From an uncultured Bdellovibrionales bacterium (GTDB lineage Bacteria; Patescibacteriota; Minisyncoccia; Moranbacterales; UBA2206): a stretch of 58,007 bases of DNA. Position numbers and translations under genes: made by a program. The DNA is taken from NCBI GenBank assembly GCA_964387895.1, contig CAYLWX010000001.1, positions 983 to 58,989 on the forward strand, read 5' to 3'. Below the pieces are notes generated by a model. The model saw nothing but the letters and a program-made list of their open reading frames with translations. It did not search any database and had not been told where the DNA came from. This document shows, one piece after another, positions 8,067 to 16,694 of this stretch (within the stretch, counting starts at the first letter, position 1; every line of letters begins with the position of its first letter).

Positions 8067-8486
8067 TATTCTTTTCTCCTCATCCACCCACCGAAACTCA
8101 ATCCACGCCGCGTCAGGCGGAACAATTTTTTTAACTCTGTCCGCCCATTCCACTATAATCACTACATCCTTTTTCTCCCGCGTGGATTTTACCATTTCTT
8201 CCCAGCCCAAATTCAACACATCCCTTGCTTCTATCCGGTAGGCGTCGATATGATAGACTCTTTTTACTGCCCCGACGCTTTTTTTATACTCTTTCATAAT
8301 CACAAACGTCGGACTGGTATACGGCCCTCTCACGCCTAACCCTTTTAAAAAACCCTGCGTGAAGGTTGTTTTTCCCGCGCCTAAATCTCCCACAAGACAA
8401 ATAATCTCCCCGCCGCGGATTTCCCGGGCCAGCATTTCCCCCAGTTGCCGGGTCTGGGTTGAACTGGTAGTGGTAAATTCTTCCAT
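8049..8486 (-). CDS. tsaE: tRNA t6A37 threonylcarbamoyl-transfer complex ATPase TsaE
   Basis: 145 aa. P-loop GDLGAGKTTFTQG followed by SPTF..., a typical YjeE/TsaE size and layout. Confidence 0.9.
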   Translation of the reverse strand: MEEFTTTSSTQTRQLGEMLAREIRGGEIICLVGDLGAGKTTFTQGFLKGLGVRGPYTSPTFVIMKEYKKSVGAVKRVYHIDAYRIEARDVLNLGWEEMVKSTREKKDVVIIVEWADRVKKIVPPDAAWIEFRWVDEEKRIIRTTD

Positions 8487-8510
8487 GGGATTATTGTACT
8501 ATAAATCCGC

Positions 8511-8538
8511 AAAAAAAACAGACCGGTTTCCCGATCTG
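8511..8538 (-). terminator. intrinsic terminator after gene 8589-9386
   Basis: The minus strand reads CAGATCGG-gaaa-CCGGTCTG followed by TTTTTTTT (plus-strand A-run 8511-8518). Confidence 0.75.
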
Positions 8539-8588
8539 CTTTTAAAAGTGTCAAGACGAGTTTCAGATCTGTCCTTTCAATAATGCCT

Positions 8589-9386
8589 TTAAAAATTCGG
8601 TCGGACTTCACGAACCGGAGGATAGTCATCAGGACGATCGCAACCAGTTATGGCTTTTCCTTTCTTTCTATGCAGAAGATGATGGGATTCGTTAATTTTA
8701 TCTATCTTCTGGCCATGTAAAGTATCCGATCGGTTTATTCTCGATGTAAGAGCTTCATCGGCTTGCTTCTTTATATTAGCAGGAATAGTTTTTCCTTCCC
8801 TTCCGTATTGTTCCTGAAGCCGGTCTATCACCCGATCATATTCTTCATTCAGACGCTGGATATCCCGCTGGTATTCATCCATGATCTGTAAATACTGGCG
8901 GTGAAAATCCTCGTCTTCTCGCCGTATTTGCTCCACCTGCCGTTCTTTTTCCCTGACAGTTATATCATCTTTCCCTCTTTCAATAGCATCTCCCGCTGAT
9001 CTTCCTATTGAGTCCCCTATATCCCTTAATACATCTCTTACTATACTTTCTAATCCAAAACGATCTCTTCCTGCCGCTTCAGCTTTTGAAAAGTGTCCCG
9101 CGAATAGAGTTGTACCGGCATTCATTAGAAGCGCCGCGGTAAGAATTTTCCAACCGCCTTTTCTTTCTCTTGCTTTTGCGCCTAATTTTTCAAGAGTTCC
9201 CGCATGAGCTTCTTCTTGTCTTTTTAACTGCTCCGCCACTCCCTCATCAATTTTTTCTCTATCTTTTTCAGAAAATTCTTTTGGGTCTCCTTCCTCTGCC
9301 TTCTCCGCCATCATCTCCTCTTTAGCCGTATCGTAAAGATCTGGTTCTTTCTCTTTTTTTCCTGTACTCGGAGTTTCAAATCCCAT
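8589..9386 (-). CDS. hypothetical charged coiled-coil protein with one predicted TM segment
   Basis: 265 aa and very Glu/Arg/Lys rich. It has a hydrophobic stretch, WKILTAALLMNAGTTLFAG. A terminator follows. Confidence 0.6.
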   Translation of the reverse strand: MGFETPSTGKKEKEPDLYDTAKEEMMAEKAEEGDPKEFSEKDREKIDEGVAEQLKRQEEAHAGTLEKLGAKARERKGGWKILTAALLMNAGTTLFAGHFSKAEAAGRDRFGLESIVRDVLRDIGDSIGRSAGDAIERGKDDITVREKERQVEQIRREDEDFHRQYLQIMDEYQRDIQRLNEEYDRVIDRLQEQYGREGKTIPANIKKQADEALTSRINRSDTLHGQKIDKINESHHLLHRKKGKAITGCDRPDDYPPVREVRPNF

Positions 9387-9399
9387 ATAATTGTGTAAA

Positions 9400-9687
9400 T
9401 TAATTTCCTAATAACCTTTCCAGCCTCTCCCGCTCTTCCTGGTATATCGCGTCCAGCATAGCCTGTCCTTTCTCCTCATCGGCGGCCAATGCCTGGAAAG
9501 CTTCTTTTTTTCTTTTATACGCGTCGTTTAGCCATTCCAACTCACCGGGAAACGCGGTAAGAAATTCATACGTGCCGGAAATAAAATTATCGGGCGAAGC
9601 GCCGACAATAAGTTCCCATTCCTTCTTGTCTTCCTGCCCCAGAAGACTGTTCTGGATAAGTTGGATAAGGTTTTGTTTTTGGTTCAT
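9400..9687 (-). CDS. hypothetical protein
   Basis: 95-aa ORF lying 13 nt upstream of, and co-directional with, 8589-9386. On the minus strand TGcTATACT lies 9 nt upstream of the ATG. Confidence 0.6.
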   Translation of the reverse strand: MNQKQNLIQLIQNSLLGQEDKKEWELIVGASPDNFISGTYEFLTAFPGELEWLNDAYKRKKEAFQALAADEEKGQAMLDAIYQEERERLERLLGN

Positions 9688-9720
9688 AGTAGTTATAGTA
9701 TAGCATTTTTAAGACAAAAG

Positions 9721-9751
9721 GTCAAAGATGACAAGCAAGTCAAAGATGACA
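9721..9751. promoter_or_regulatory. two perfect 13-nt direct repeats GTCAAAGATGACA in a divergent intergenic region
   Basis: Copies at 9721-9733 and 9739-9751 (18-nt period). Each contains the inverted half-sites GTCA-n4-TGAC. A further TTGACA lies at 9752-9757. Confidence 0.45.
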
Positions 9752-9814
9752 TTTGACACTCTTAACCAATATGCTACATTGAAATATCGAATCTAAATCT
9801 TACCCTATACGCCT

Positions 9815-10945
9815 ATGAGCCTCGCGCCACAAGAACAGTTCAAAAAATTTCTGGAGAACTCCAAGGAGGTTCTCCTCTTTATTCCTGAAAACCCAAGCGG
9901 AGACGCCATAGGAAGCGCGTGGGCGCTTTATTTTTTTTTAGAGAAGCGGGGTATTTTACCTACCATCGCGTTTTCGCATACGGTGCCTCAAAAATATTCC
10001 TTTCTTCCCCAGCCAGTGAATATTTGCAGCGAGATTTCCGGCGCGAGAGATTTTGTGCTTTCTTTTGACACCTCGCGCAATAAAATTATCAACATCCGTT
10101 CGGAAGAAAAAGACAATCAGTATAATATCTACCTCACTCCCGAAAAAGGCTCTATTGACCCAAAAGACTTCTCTTTTATTCTGGCTAATTTTAAGTATGA
10201 CCTTCTTATCGTGCTGGACTCCCCGGACTTGGAACGCCTGGGCAAGTTGTATGAAGCTAATCCTGACTTATTTTTCGAAATTCCCATTATTAACATAGAC
10301 CACAAAAGCACCAATGAGAATTTCGGCCAGATTAATCTTGTCGACGTCATGGCTTCTTCCACCAGTGAAATACTTTCCCATATATTCGAGTCTGTGGATT
10401 CGTCCCTGATTGATGATAAAATATCCAGCTGTCTTTTAACCGGAATTATAAGCGCGACTGACAGTTTCAGGAAAAAGAACACGACCCCCCGCACGCTCCT
10501 TGCCGCCGCCGCGATCATGGATAAAGGCGCGAGCCAGCAGGAAATTATCCGCTGGCTTTATAAAACCCAGCCTCTTAATATTCTAAAGCTCTGGGGCCGC
10601 GTCATGGCGAAATTGAAATGGGATGAGGAACTGCGTCTGGTATGGTCCGAACTCACTATAGAAGATTTTGTACAAAGCCGGTCTACTCCGGAACATATTA
10701 CCTCTATCCTGGAAAAGCTCCAGGAAAATTACAGTGAAGGAAGGATATTTATGACGCTTTATGGCGCCACGCCGACTTCTGTCATGGTGCACATAAAAAC
10801 ATCCAACCCCGATGTAGCTAAAAAAATTCACGCTCACTTAGGCGGTACTATTCAAAGGGAACTTTTAGAACTTAGTTTCGAATCAGACAACATCTCGGAA
10901 ACAAGCCGGATGATTCTGCAAAAAATAAAAGAGATCGAGCTTTAA
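9815..10945 (+). CDS. DHH-family phosphoesterase (NrnA-like) with a variant DHH motif
   Basis: SGDAIGSAWAL, LLIVLDSPD, IINIDHKSTN (DHK in place of DHH) and GIISATDSFR blocks appear in the order expected for DHH/DHHA1 proteins. Confidence 0.7.
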   Translation: MSLAPQEQFKKFLENSKEVLLFIPENPSGDAIGSAWALYFFLEKRGILPTIAFSHTVPQKYSFLPQPVNICSEISGARDFVLSFDTSRNKIINIRSEEKDNQYNIYLTPEKGSIDPKDFSFILANFKYDLLIVLDSPDLERLGKLYEANPDLFFEIPIINIDHKSTNENFGQINLVDVMASSTSEILSHIFESVDSSLIDDKISSCLLTGIISATDSFRKKNTTPRTLLAAAAIMDKGASQQEIIRWLYKTQPLNILKLWGRVMAKLKWDEELRLVWSELTIEDFVQSRSTPEHITSILEKLQENYSEGRIFMTLYGATPTSVMVHIKTSNPDVAKKIHAHLGGTIQRELLELSFESDNISETSRMILQKIKEIEL

Positions 10946-11038
10946 AATACTTTATACCCTGTATCGTTTTTCTTAACCGGATCACTCCGGTAATTTGTGC
11001 ATTGGTATGAAATACCTTACAATGAAGAAGAAATTATA

Positions 11039-14000
11039 ATGTTATCCCTTATGATAAAAATACTGAAAAAGTCACTTTCTTCCAAATCAACGGAGGAGCT
11101 GCAAAAAGAAAAAGATACCCAGCAGGTTCTCTGGAAATTGCACCACCAATCAGAAGAAGAACAAGCATCCCAATACGCGGCAAAGATTAATTTTTCCTAC
11201 ATTGATACCAACCTTATCCCCATCAGCAATGAGAGTCTTAAGACGCTGCGGGAAGAGGAGTCCAGAAAATATTCCCTCGCGATTATTCAAAAAGACGGAA
11301 AACATGTGACTGCCGTTTCTACCGATCCTGCCACGCGGGAAACTGAACAATTTATCAAGAAGGTTGCCGAAGAAAATGATTGGGAAATGAAAGTGTTTGT
11401 AATTTCCCGTTATAACATGGAAAGGATTTGGGAGCGGTACAAGAAGATTATTTTTACTGATATCCTGACCCGGTTAACCGTTAACCTTACCAACGAAGAC
11501 TTAGCACATTTTGACCAGGAATTAAAAGACTTGATCGCGCTCAAACAAAAGATCAACACCTTGCCTACGACGCAGATATTGAATGTTATCATGGGGGGCG
11601 GCTTCAAACTGGGCGCGAGCGATATCCATATTGAACCGCAAGAACATGACCTACGTCTTCGATACAGAATTGACGGAGTGCTGCATGACGTAGCGCTCTT
11701 CCCTCTTGTTTTCTTTAAATCAATAGTATCCCGAATAAAAATGATGTCGGGAATGAAAATAAATCTCCGCGATATCGCGCAGGACGGTACCTTTGAAATA
11801 AACATAGTAGACAAAAAGATTGACGTCCGCGTCTCTCTTATTCCGGGAAATTTCGGAGAAAGCATAGTGATGCGGCTTCTTGATCCGGCCTCTATCGAGG
11901 TAGAGATAGAATATTTAGGCCTTCGGGGGCTGGCCTATGAAGAAATTCAAAAACAAGTAACTGCTCCGCACGGCATGGTTCTCACGACCGGACCCACCGG
12001 ATCGGGAAAAACTACCACTCTTTACGCCATTATTAACAAGCTTAACAACCCGGAAAAGAAAATTATTACCGTGGAAGATCCGATTGAATATGAAGTGAAA
12101 GGAATTTCTCAAACTCAGATAGAGAAGTCGCGCGGATATACCTTCGCGACCGGACTTCGGGCGATCGTCCGCCAGGATCCGGATGTGATTCTGGTAGGTG
12201 AAATTCGGGACGAAGAAACGGCCGACATCGCGGTGAATTCCGCGCTCACGGGCCACCTGGTGCTTTCCACGCTTCACACCAACAGCGCGGTGGGAACCAT
12301 CCCCCGCCTGATTGAGATGGGAGTAAAGCCTTCTCTTATCCCTCCATCCATGAACGCGCTTATTGGGCAAAGGCTGGTGAGAAAATTATGTGATTGCAGA
12401 GAGGAATATATCCCCGCCCGCGAATCAGTGGAATCTCTCAAGAAAGTGCTTTCCATTATTTCTCCCAAAGCCAGATTGAATATTCCCAAAGATATTTATA
12501 AACTCTACCGGCCCAGGGGATGCCAGAAATGCAACGGACTTGGCTACAAGGGCAGAATAGGAATTTTTGAAGTACTCACCATGAATGAAGAAATCGAAAA
12601 ACTTACGCTGGATTTGGCCACGGAAGCAGACATTACCATGGCCGCGCTGGAATCCGGCATGGTTACCATGCTCCAGGACGGAATTTTAAAAGCCATTGAA
12701 GGAACCACCTCTATCGATGAAGTACGGCGAGTTACGGGAGAAGGAGATTTTCTGGAAGAAATATACGAAAAACTCATGTCCCAGTCTCTTTCCCGCGGAT
12801 TTGTGATAGATAAGAAAAATTTTACCACTATCGAAAAAATATCCCATGATTTTAAAAAGTTCCACGCCACACTGGATAGCGCCGACACATCTGACATAAG
12901 CAAGCTGGTTCTCGTGGCGGCAGTTATGTTGGGAGTGGGAGACATTCATATAGAGCCGGGAGCGGAGCAGGTGGTAATCCGGTTCAGAATAGACGGGATT
13001 CTCCAAACAGTAGCCGCTATTCCTCTCAATGAATATCCCAACTTCCTGGGAGAAATTAAACTTTTAAGCGGCGTAAAGACAGAGGTGCGGGAAGGTGTGA
13101 TAGACAGCCGGTTTACTATTAAATTTTCCGAAGAGATAAAGAATATTCAGGAACGGTCAGTAGACGTACGGGTGTCTATAATCCTGGGAGGATACGGAGA
13201 GACAGTGGTGCTCCGTATTCTTAATAAGTCATCCGTAAAACTGGACGTGCGCACGCTGGGAATACGAAAGCAAAATCTGGACAAAATTTTGGAGCAGTCT
13301 AAAAAACCTCACGGAATTATCCTCAACACCGGCCCCACCGGATCAGGAAAAACGACTACCCTCTACAGCATCTTGAACATACTTAATAAACCGGAAGCAA
13401 AGATCATCACCGTGGAAGATCCGATTGAATATCAAATTGAAGGCATCCTGCAAACTCCGGTCAACGAAAAAGACGGCTATACCTTTGCCACCGCCTTGCG
13501 TTCATTATTACGCCAAAATCCGGATATTTTAATGATCGGGGAAATCCGAGACGCCGAAACCGCGCAAATCGCCGTGCAGTCCGCGCTCACGGGACACCTG
13601 GTGCTTTCCACTATTCACACCAATGACGCCGCCGGCGCGGTGCAAAGAATGCTCAATATGGAAATTTCCCCCACGGATATTGCTTCCGCGGTAAACGCGT
13701 TTATTGCCCAAAGACTCGTTAGAAAATTATGTGAATGTAAGAAAAAAATCAAGCCGTCGCCTGAAGAAAAATTAAAAATAGACCAGCTTTTGAAAACTAT
13801 CTCTCCTAAATCCGGCGTAGTTATTCCAAAAACAAGCGCTATCTACGCCCCCAAGGGTTGCGACAAATGCAATGGTCTTGGTTACAAGGGCAGAACCACG
13901 CTTTCCGAAGTACTGGTAATTGATCGCCCCCTCCAGGATCTTATCACCCGCGGAGCCATCACTTCAGAACTCCAGGAAAAAGCCGTGGAGTCCGGCATGA

Positions 14001-14083
14001 TCACCATGGCGCAGGACGGCATTTTGAAAGTGCTGGAAGGAGAAACAACACTGGAAGAAGTGGAAAGAATGACGGATTTATAA
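11039..14083 (+). CDS. tandem-fused double GspE/PilB-type secretion ATPase (two complete ATPase modules in one polypeptide)
   Basis: The track ORF starts at GTG 10997; the first ATG is 11039. An N-terminal GspE_N-like region is followed by two full modules. Walker A GPTGSGKTTTLY occurs twice (11990-12013 and 13331-13354). Walker B/Asp box is DPDVILVGEIRD / NPDILMIGEIRD. The His box is TGHLVLSTLHTN / TGHLVLSTIHTN. Both modules have tetracysteine motifs: CDC...CQKCNGLGYKGR and CEC...CDKCNGLGYKGR. Confidence 0.9.
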   Translation: MLSLMIKILKKSLSSKSTEELQKEKDTQQVLWKLHHQSEEEQASQYAAKINFSYIDTNLIPISNESLKTLREEESRKYSLAIIQKDGKHVTAVSTDPATRETEQFIKKVAEENDWEMKVFVISRYNMERIWERYKKIIFTDILTRLTVNLTNEDLAHFDQELKDLIALKQKINTLPTTQILNVIMGGGFKLGASDIHIEPQEHDLRLRYRIDGVLHDVALFPLVFFKSIVSRIKMMSGMKINLRDIAQDGTFEINIVDKKIDVRVSLIPGNFGESIVMRLLDPASIEVEIEYLGLRGLAYEEIQKQVTAPHGMVLTTGPTGSGKTTTLYAIINKLNNPEKKIITVEDPIEYEVKGISQTQIEKSRGYTFATGLRAIVRQDPDVILVGEIRDEETADIAVNSALTGHLVLSTLHTNSAVGTIPRLIEMGVKPSLIPPSMNALIGQRLVRKLCDCREEYIPARESVESLKKVLSIISPKARLNIPKDIYKLYRPRGCQKCNGLGYKGRIGIFEVLTMNEEIEKLTLDLATEADITMAALESGMVTMLQDGILKAIEGTTSIDEVRRVTGEGDFLEEIYEKLMSQSLSRGFVIDKKNFTTIEKISHDFKKFHATLDSADTSDISKLVLVAAVMLGVGDIHIEPGAEQVVIRFRIDGILQTVAAIPLNEYPNFLGEIKLLSGVKTEVREGVIDSRFTIKFSEEIKNIQERSVDVRVSIILGGYGETVVLRILNKSSVKLDVRTLGIRKQNLDKILEQSKKPHGIILNTGPTGSGKTTTLYSILNILNKPEAKIITVEDPIEYQIEGILQTPVNEKDGYTFATALRSLLRQNPDILMIGEIRDAETAQIAVQSALTGHLVLSTIHTNDAAGAVQRMLNMEISPTDIASAVNAFIAQRLVRKLCECKKKIKPSPEEKLKIDQLLKTISPKSGVVIPKTSAIYAPKGCDKCNGLGYKGRTTLSEVLVIDRPLQDLITRGAITSELQEKAVESGMITMAQDGILKVLEGETTLEEVERMTDL

Positions 14084-14104
14084 AAGAAACTTTGTAAAAA
14101 CATG

Positions 14105-14138
14105 AAAGGGAAGCACAAGGGCTTCCCTTTTTGGTTTT
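14105..14138 (+). terminator. intrinsic terminator after the double ATPase gene
   Basis: AAAGGGAAGC (14105-14114) / GCTTCCCTTT (14121-14130) form a perfect 10-bp stem with loop ACAAGG, followed by TTGGTTTT. Confidence 0.8.
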
Positions 14139-14157
14139 CAGCAAAACCGCGAGGAGA

Positions 14158-14376
14158 CTACGCATAAAAATCCAGCGTCTCGTTTCCCTTGCAATCCAGG
14201 CAATGGCACTTACCATTGCAAAGATCGCAATCGCAGACTTTCTGGCTGATCGCGACTTTGATTTCCTCGAAGATGGGAATCCGCCTGGGATCCGCGCAAG
14301 CCAAGGCGGCATCATTTGCCAGCTTTATTTCTTCTAAAACCTGCGCCCTGGAACATTTGAAAGAACATTCTGACAT
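14158..14376 (-). CDS. small cysteine-rich protein (72 aa, 9 Cys)
   Basis: The track ORF is trimmed to the ATG at 14376, which is preceded by a strong SD (AGAGGAGGAGtatgagATG). Sequence: MSECSFKCSRAQ...VCDCDLCNGKCHCLDCKG. No family recognised. Confidence 0.6.
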   Translation of the reverse strand: MSECSFKCSRAQVLEEIKLANDAALACADPRRIPIFEEIKVAISQKVCDCDLCNGKCHCLDCKGNETLDFYA

Positions 14377-14440
14377 CTCATACTCCTCCTCTGATTGAAA
14401 GTTATACGGGTTGGCCAAACTATAAGATATGCTGATACTA

Positions 14441-14480
14441 AAATAAAAAAGAACGCCAGTCAAGCGGCGTTTCTTTTTTG
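14441..14480. terminator. bidirectional terminator downstream of hepT
   Basis: GAACGCC (14451-14457) / GGCGTT(T) (14466-14472), flanked by an A-run on the left and a T-run on the right. Confidence 0.65.
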
Positions 14481-14501
14481 ACTCGGAACTAGCGCGCTAT
14501 T

Positions 14502-14957
14502 TTAATCTATCTTTTCAAGCAAGGCTATTATTTTTTCCGAGTATTTTTTGTATAAATCCACGATGATTTGTATGTTTCTCTTTGACCAAATTAAATACAC
14601 GTTCACGTCGTAGGAATGCACTATTTCATTGCGAAAACTTACCGAGTCAATTAGTGTTTTTAGATCTTCTTCCCCCAGCGCAAGCTCTTCTTTTTTTAAA
14701 ATTTTGTGCTCTAAATCCCGGAATGATTGTTTGCTACTCCATGGTTTTTCTCCCGCCACGCCCTCCAAAATAAATTCATTCACGTCAATCGCGCAATCCA
14801 CGAGTTCCTGAATTATTTTTTCCACGTATTTTAAATCTTTCGGACGGTCTTTTAATTCTTCAACAGAAACCGCGTCATATTCCTTGAGCGATTCCATGTG
14901 TCCAGTTAAAAATTCAAGCTTTTTCCGAATAAGATCTTTGTCCATGGTATTATTCAT
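14502..14957 (-). CDS. hepT: HepT-like HEPN (DUF86) toxin of a type VII toxin-antitoxin pair
   Basis: R-x4-H HEPN motif RNEIVH near the C-terminus. 151 aa. Its start overlaps the stop of the upstream nucleotidyltransferase gene by 8 nt. Confidence 0.85.
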   Translation of the reverse strand: MNNTMDKDLIRKKLEFLTGHMESLKEYDAVSVEELKDRPKDLKYVEKIIQELVDCAIDVNEFILEGVAGEKPWSSKQSFRDLEHKILKKEELALGEEDLKTLIDSVSFRNEIVHSYDVNVYLIWSKRNIQIIVDLYKKYSEKIIALLEKID

Positions 14958-15366
14958 TTAACGCGTTAATTCTTTTCTTTAGTAAATTTTCTCTTCCATA
15001 AAAAAAACGCCGGTTGTCCTCGTAAGTAAACCTGGCCCAGGATTTTATCTCCGGCCATTTTTTTTTATTTTTAATATAAAGGGGCTTGCCGTAATAAAAA
15101 ATATGGTAGAGTAATAAAGGGTTTTCGCTGGATATCGGCACTACTTCGATTTCTCTTTTTTCCATGTCTTCCGCTTCCATGAGATCAAAATTGAAATTGG
15201 AAAATTCTTTTTCATAGAACGTCGGATCAGACGGCAAAATCGCGATATCGATATCGCTTTTTTCGCGCATTGTTTCTTTCGCGGCACTCCCGAAAAGCAT
15301 GACTAATTTTAAATCATACTTCTCCGCCAAACGTTCAATGGATTTTTTAGTTTCAGATTTAAGCAT
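14950..15366 (-). CDS. mntA: MntA-like minimal nucleotidyltransferase antitoxin
   Basis: LFGSAAKETMREKSDIDIAIL matches the G-S-x(n)-D-x-D pol-beta NTase motif. The start is moved from the GTG at 15438 to the ATG at 15366, because the GTG-extended N-terminus runs through a perfect hairpin. Confidence 0.85.
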   Translation of the reverse strand: MLKSETKKSIERLAEKYDLKLVMLFGSAAKETMREKSDIDIAILPSDPTFYEKEFSNFNFDLMEAEDMEKREIEVVPISSENPLLLYHIFYYGKPLYIKNKKKWPEIKSWARFTYEDNRRFFYGRENLLKKRINALNE

Positions 15367-15406
15367 AACCGTAGTATAGCTCCAAAGAAAATTTTTCGCA
15401 ATTTTA

Positions 15407-15430
15407 AAGGGAGCCCGGTTTGGCTCCCTT
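15407..15430 (-). terminator. perfect 9-bp hairpin, possible terminator of an upstream minus-strand RNA
   Basis: AAGGGAGCC-cggttt-GGCTCCCTT. On the minus strand it is followed by TAAAATT. Confidence 0.4.
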
Positions 15431-15444
15431 ATAACCACACTAAT

Positions 15445-15586
15445 CTGCAGGCAAGTCCTGGAACCTGGGGCTCCAGGTAAGGAACAGTACCGAGGTACGG
15501 TCCAGCCGGAACCGGGCCGCCCATGTCTGGGTAAAAAAGCTCCCGATTTTGAGGATAAAAGATAGAAACCCCCAAATTACCTGCAG
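15445..15586. ncRNA. GC-rich structured element, unassigned candidate ncRNA
   Basis: 57 of the 87 nt at 15445-15531 are G/C, in an otherwise AT-rich intergenic region. The closing stem is CTGCAGG (15445-15451) / CCTGCAG (15580-15586). Internal hairpins are CCTGG-ggct-CCAGG, GTAC-cgag-GTAC and GGTCC...GGGCC. No plausible CDS. I could not match it to SRP, RNase P, tmRNA or 6S signatures by eye. Confidence 0.3.
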
Positions 15587-15654
15587 TTTACTGCTAGCCA
15601 TCAATAAGAACCTTCTTAGGTCCTTTGAAAGATGACAGAAAAGTCTAGCATAAG

Positions 15655-15683
15655 TTGGAAATTTTGTCAACTTATAGTATAAT
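15655..15683 (+). promoter_or_regulatory. sigma70-like promoter of ruvB (leaderless arrangement)
   Basis: TTGGAA (15655-15660), a 17-nt spacer, then TATAAT (15678-15683). The ATG at 15690 is 6 nt after the -10 box. No SD. Confidence 0.55.
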
Positions 15684-15689
15684 CGACTC

Positions 15690-16694
15690 ATGCTTACCCA
15701 TTCCCAGGAACAACCGGAAGATAATACTTTTGACGCGACGCTCCGGCCGCAAAAATTTGAAGAATACATCGGACAGGAAAAAGTGAAGAAAAATTTAGAT
15801 ATTTTGATCAAAGCCGCCAAAAATCGGGGGGAACCCATAGAGCATATTTTGCTTTATGGTCCAGCCGGCCTGGGCAAGACGACGCTCGCCAATATTATCG
15901 CCCGCGAGATGGGAGTGAACATTAAAACCACTTCCGGTCCGGCGATTGAGCAGGTGGGAGACTTCGGTTCTATCCTGACTAATTTAGAAGACGGAGATGT
16001 GTTGTTCATTGATGAAATTCACCGGCTCAACAAATCCATTGAAGAAGTGCTTTACCCCGCCATGGAAGATTTTAAGCTGGATATCATTATCGGGAAAGGT
16101 CCGTCGGCCCGAACTATCCAACTGGATTTGCCGCGTTTCACTCTGATCGGCGCGACTACCAAATTAGGATCCCTTACTAATCCCCTGCGCAACCGTTTTG
16201 GCGCCACCCACCGGCTTGAATTTTATACGCCGGAAGAAATTAAACGTATTCTGGGACGCTCAAGCCGGATTCTGGAAGTAAACGTGGATGATTCCGGACT
16301 GGCAAAAATCGCCGCCTGTTCAAGACAAACTCCCCGAGTGGCGAATCGGCTTCTGAAACGAGTGCGTGATTTTGCCCAAATAAAAAATCGCGCTCCGGTA
16401 GACAGCGCGGTAGCCTGTGAAGCGCTTGAGATGATTGACGTGGATCACGTCGGACTCGAACCGGCCGACAAACATATTCTCCGCACGATTATTGAAAAAT
16501 TCGACGGCGGACCAGTGGGACTGACTACTATCGCCGCCGCCACTTCCGAAGAAGTGAAAACTATTGAAGACGTTTACGAACCCTATCTCATTCAAATCGG
16601 TTTTCTGGCCCGGACTCCCAGGGGAAGAATGGCCACTGAATCAGCATACCTTCATCTGGATATCCCTTATAACAAACAACACACCTTACTCTAA
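15690..16694 (+). CDS. ruvB: Holliday junction branch migration ATPase RuvB
   Basis: [16 protein letters not shown]...[11 protein letters not shown]...DEIHRL...TRxxxLxxPLRDRFG-type blocks. 334 aa. Confidence 0.96.
   Translation: MLTHSQEQPEDNTFDATLRPQKFEEYIGQEKVKKNLDILIKAAKNRGEPIEHILLYGPAGLGKTTLANIIAREMGVNIKTTSGPAIEQVGDFGSILTNLEDGDVLFIDEIHRLNKSIEEVLYPAMEDFKLDIIIGKGPSARTIQLDLPRFTLIGATTKLGSLTNPLRNRFGATHRLEFYTPEEIKRILGRSSRILEVNVDDSGLAKIAACSRQTPRVANRLLKRVRDFAQIKNRAPVDSAVACEALEMIDVDHVGLEPADKHILRTIIEKFDGGPVGLTTIAAATSEEVKTIEDVYEPYLIQIGFLARTPRGRMATESAYLHLDIPYNKQHTLL

Noticed and set aside
11150-14118. Minus-strand ORFs inside the double ATPase gene (for example 11410-11865, 11915-12370, 12544-12945)
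   Set aside because: They are antisense shadows. Their products are Arg/Ser-rich and low-complexity.
14001-14398. ORFs 14001-14315 (minus), 14131-14337 and 14189-14398 (plus)
   Set aside because: They overlap the terminator after the ATPase gene and the SD-led Cys-rich ORF. They have no supporting signals.
15445-15586. Assigning the GC-rich element to SRP RNA, RNase P RNA, tmRNA or 6S RNA
   Set aside because: There are partial resemblances: GGCAAGUCCUGG versus the RNase P CR-I, and AUAGAAACCCCC versus CR-V. However, the P4 pairing cannot be formed. There is no GNRA-capped helix 8 with an AGCAG motif, no tRNA-like end, and the length is too short for RNase P. It is left unassigned.
15440-15838. 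132-aa minus-strand ORF
   Set aside because: It overlaps the ruvB promoter and start and runs through the GC-rich structured segment. Its composition is not protein-like (Ser/Phe/Leu/Cys-rich), and it lacks an SD or promoter context.
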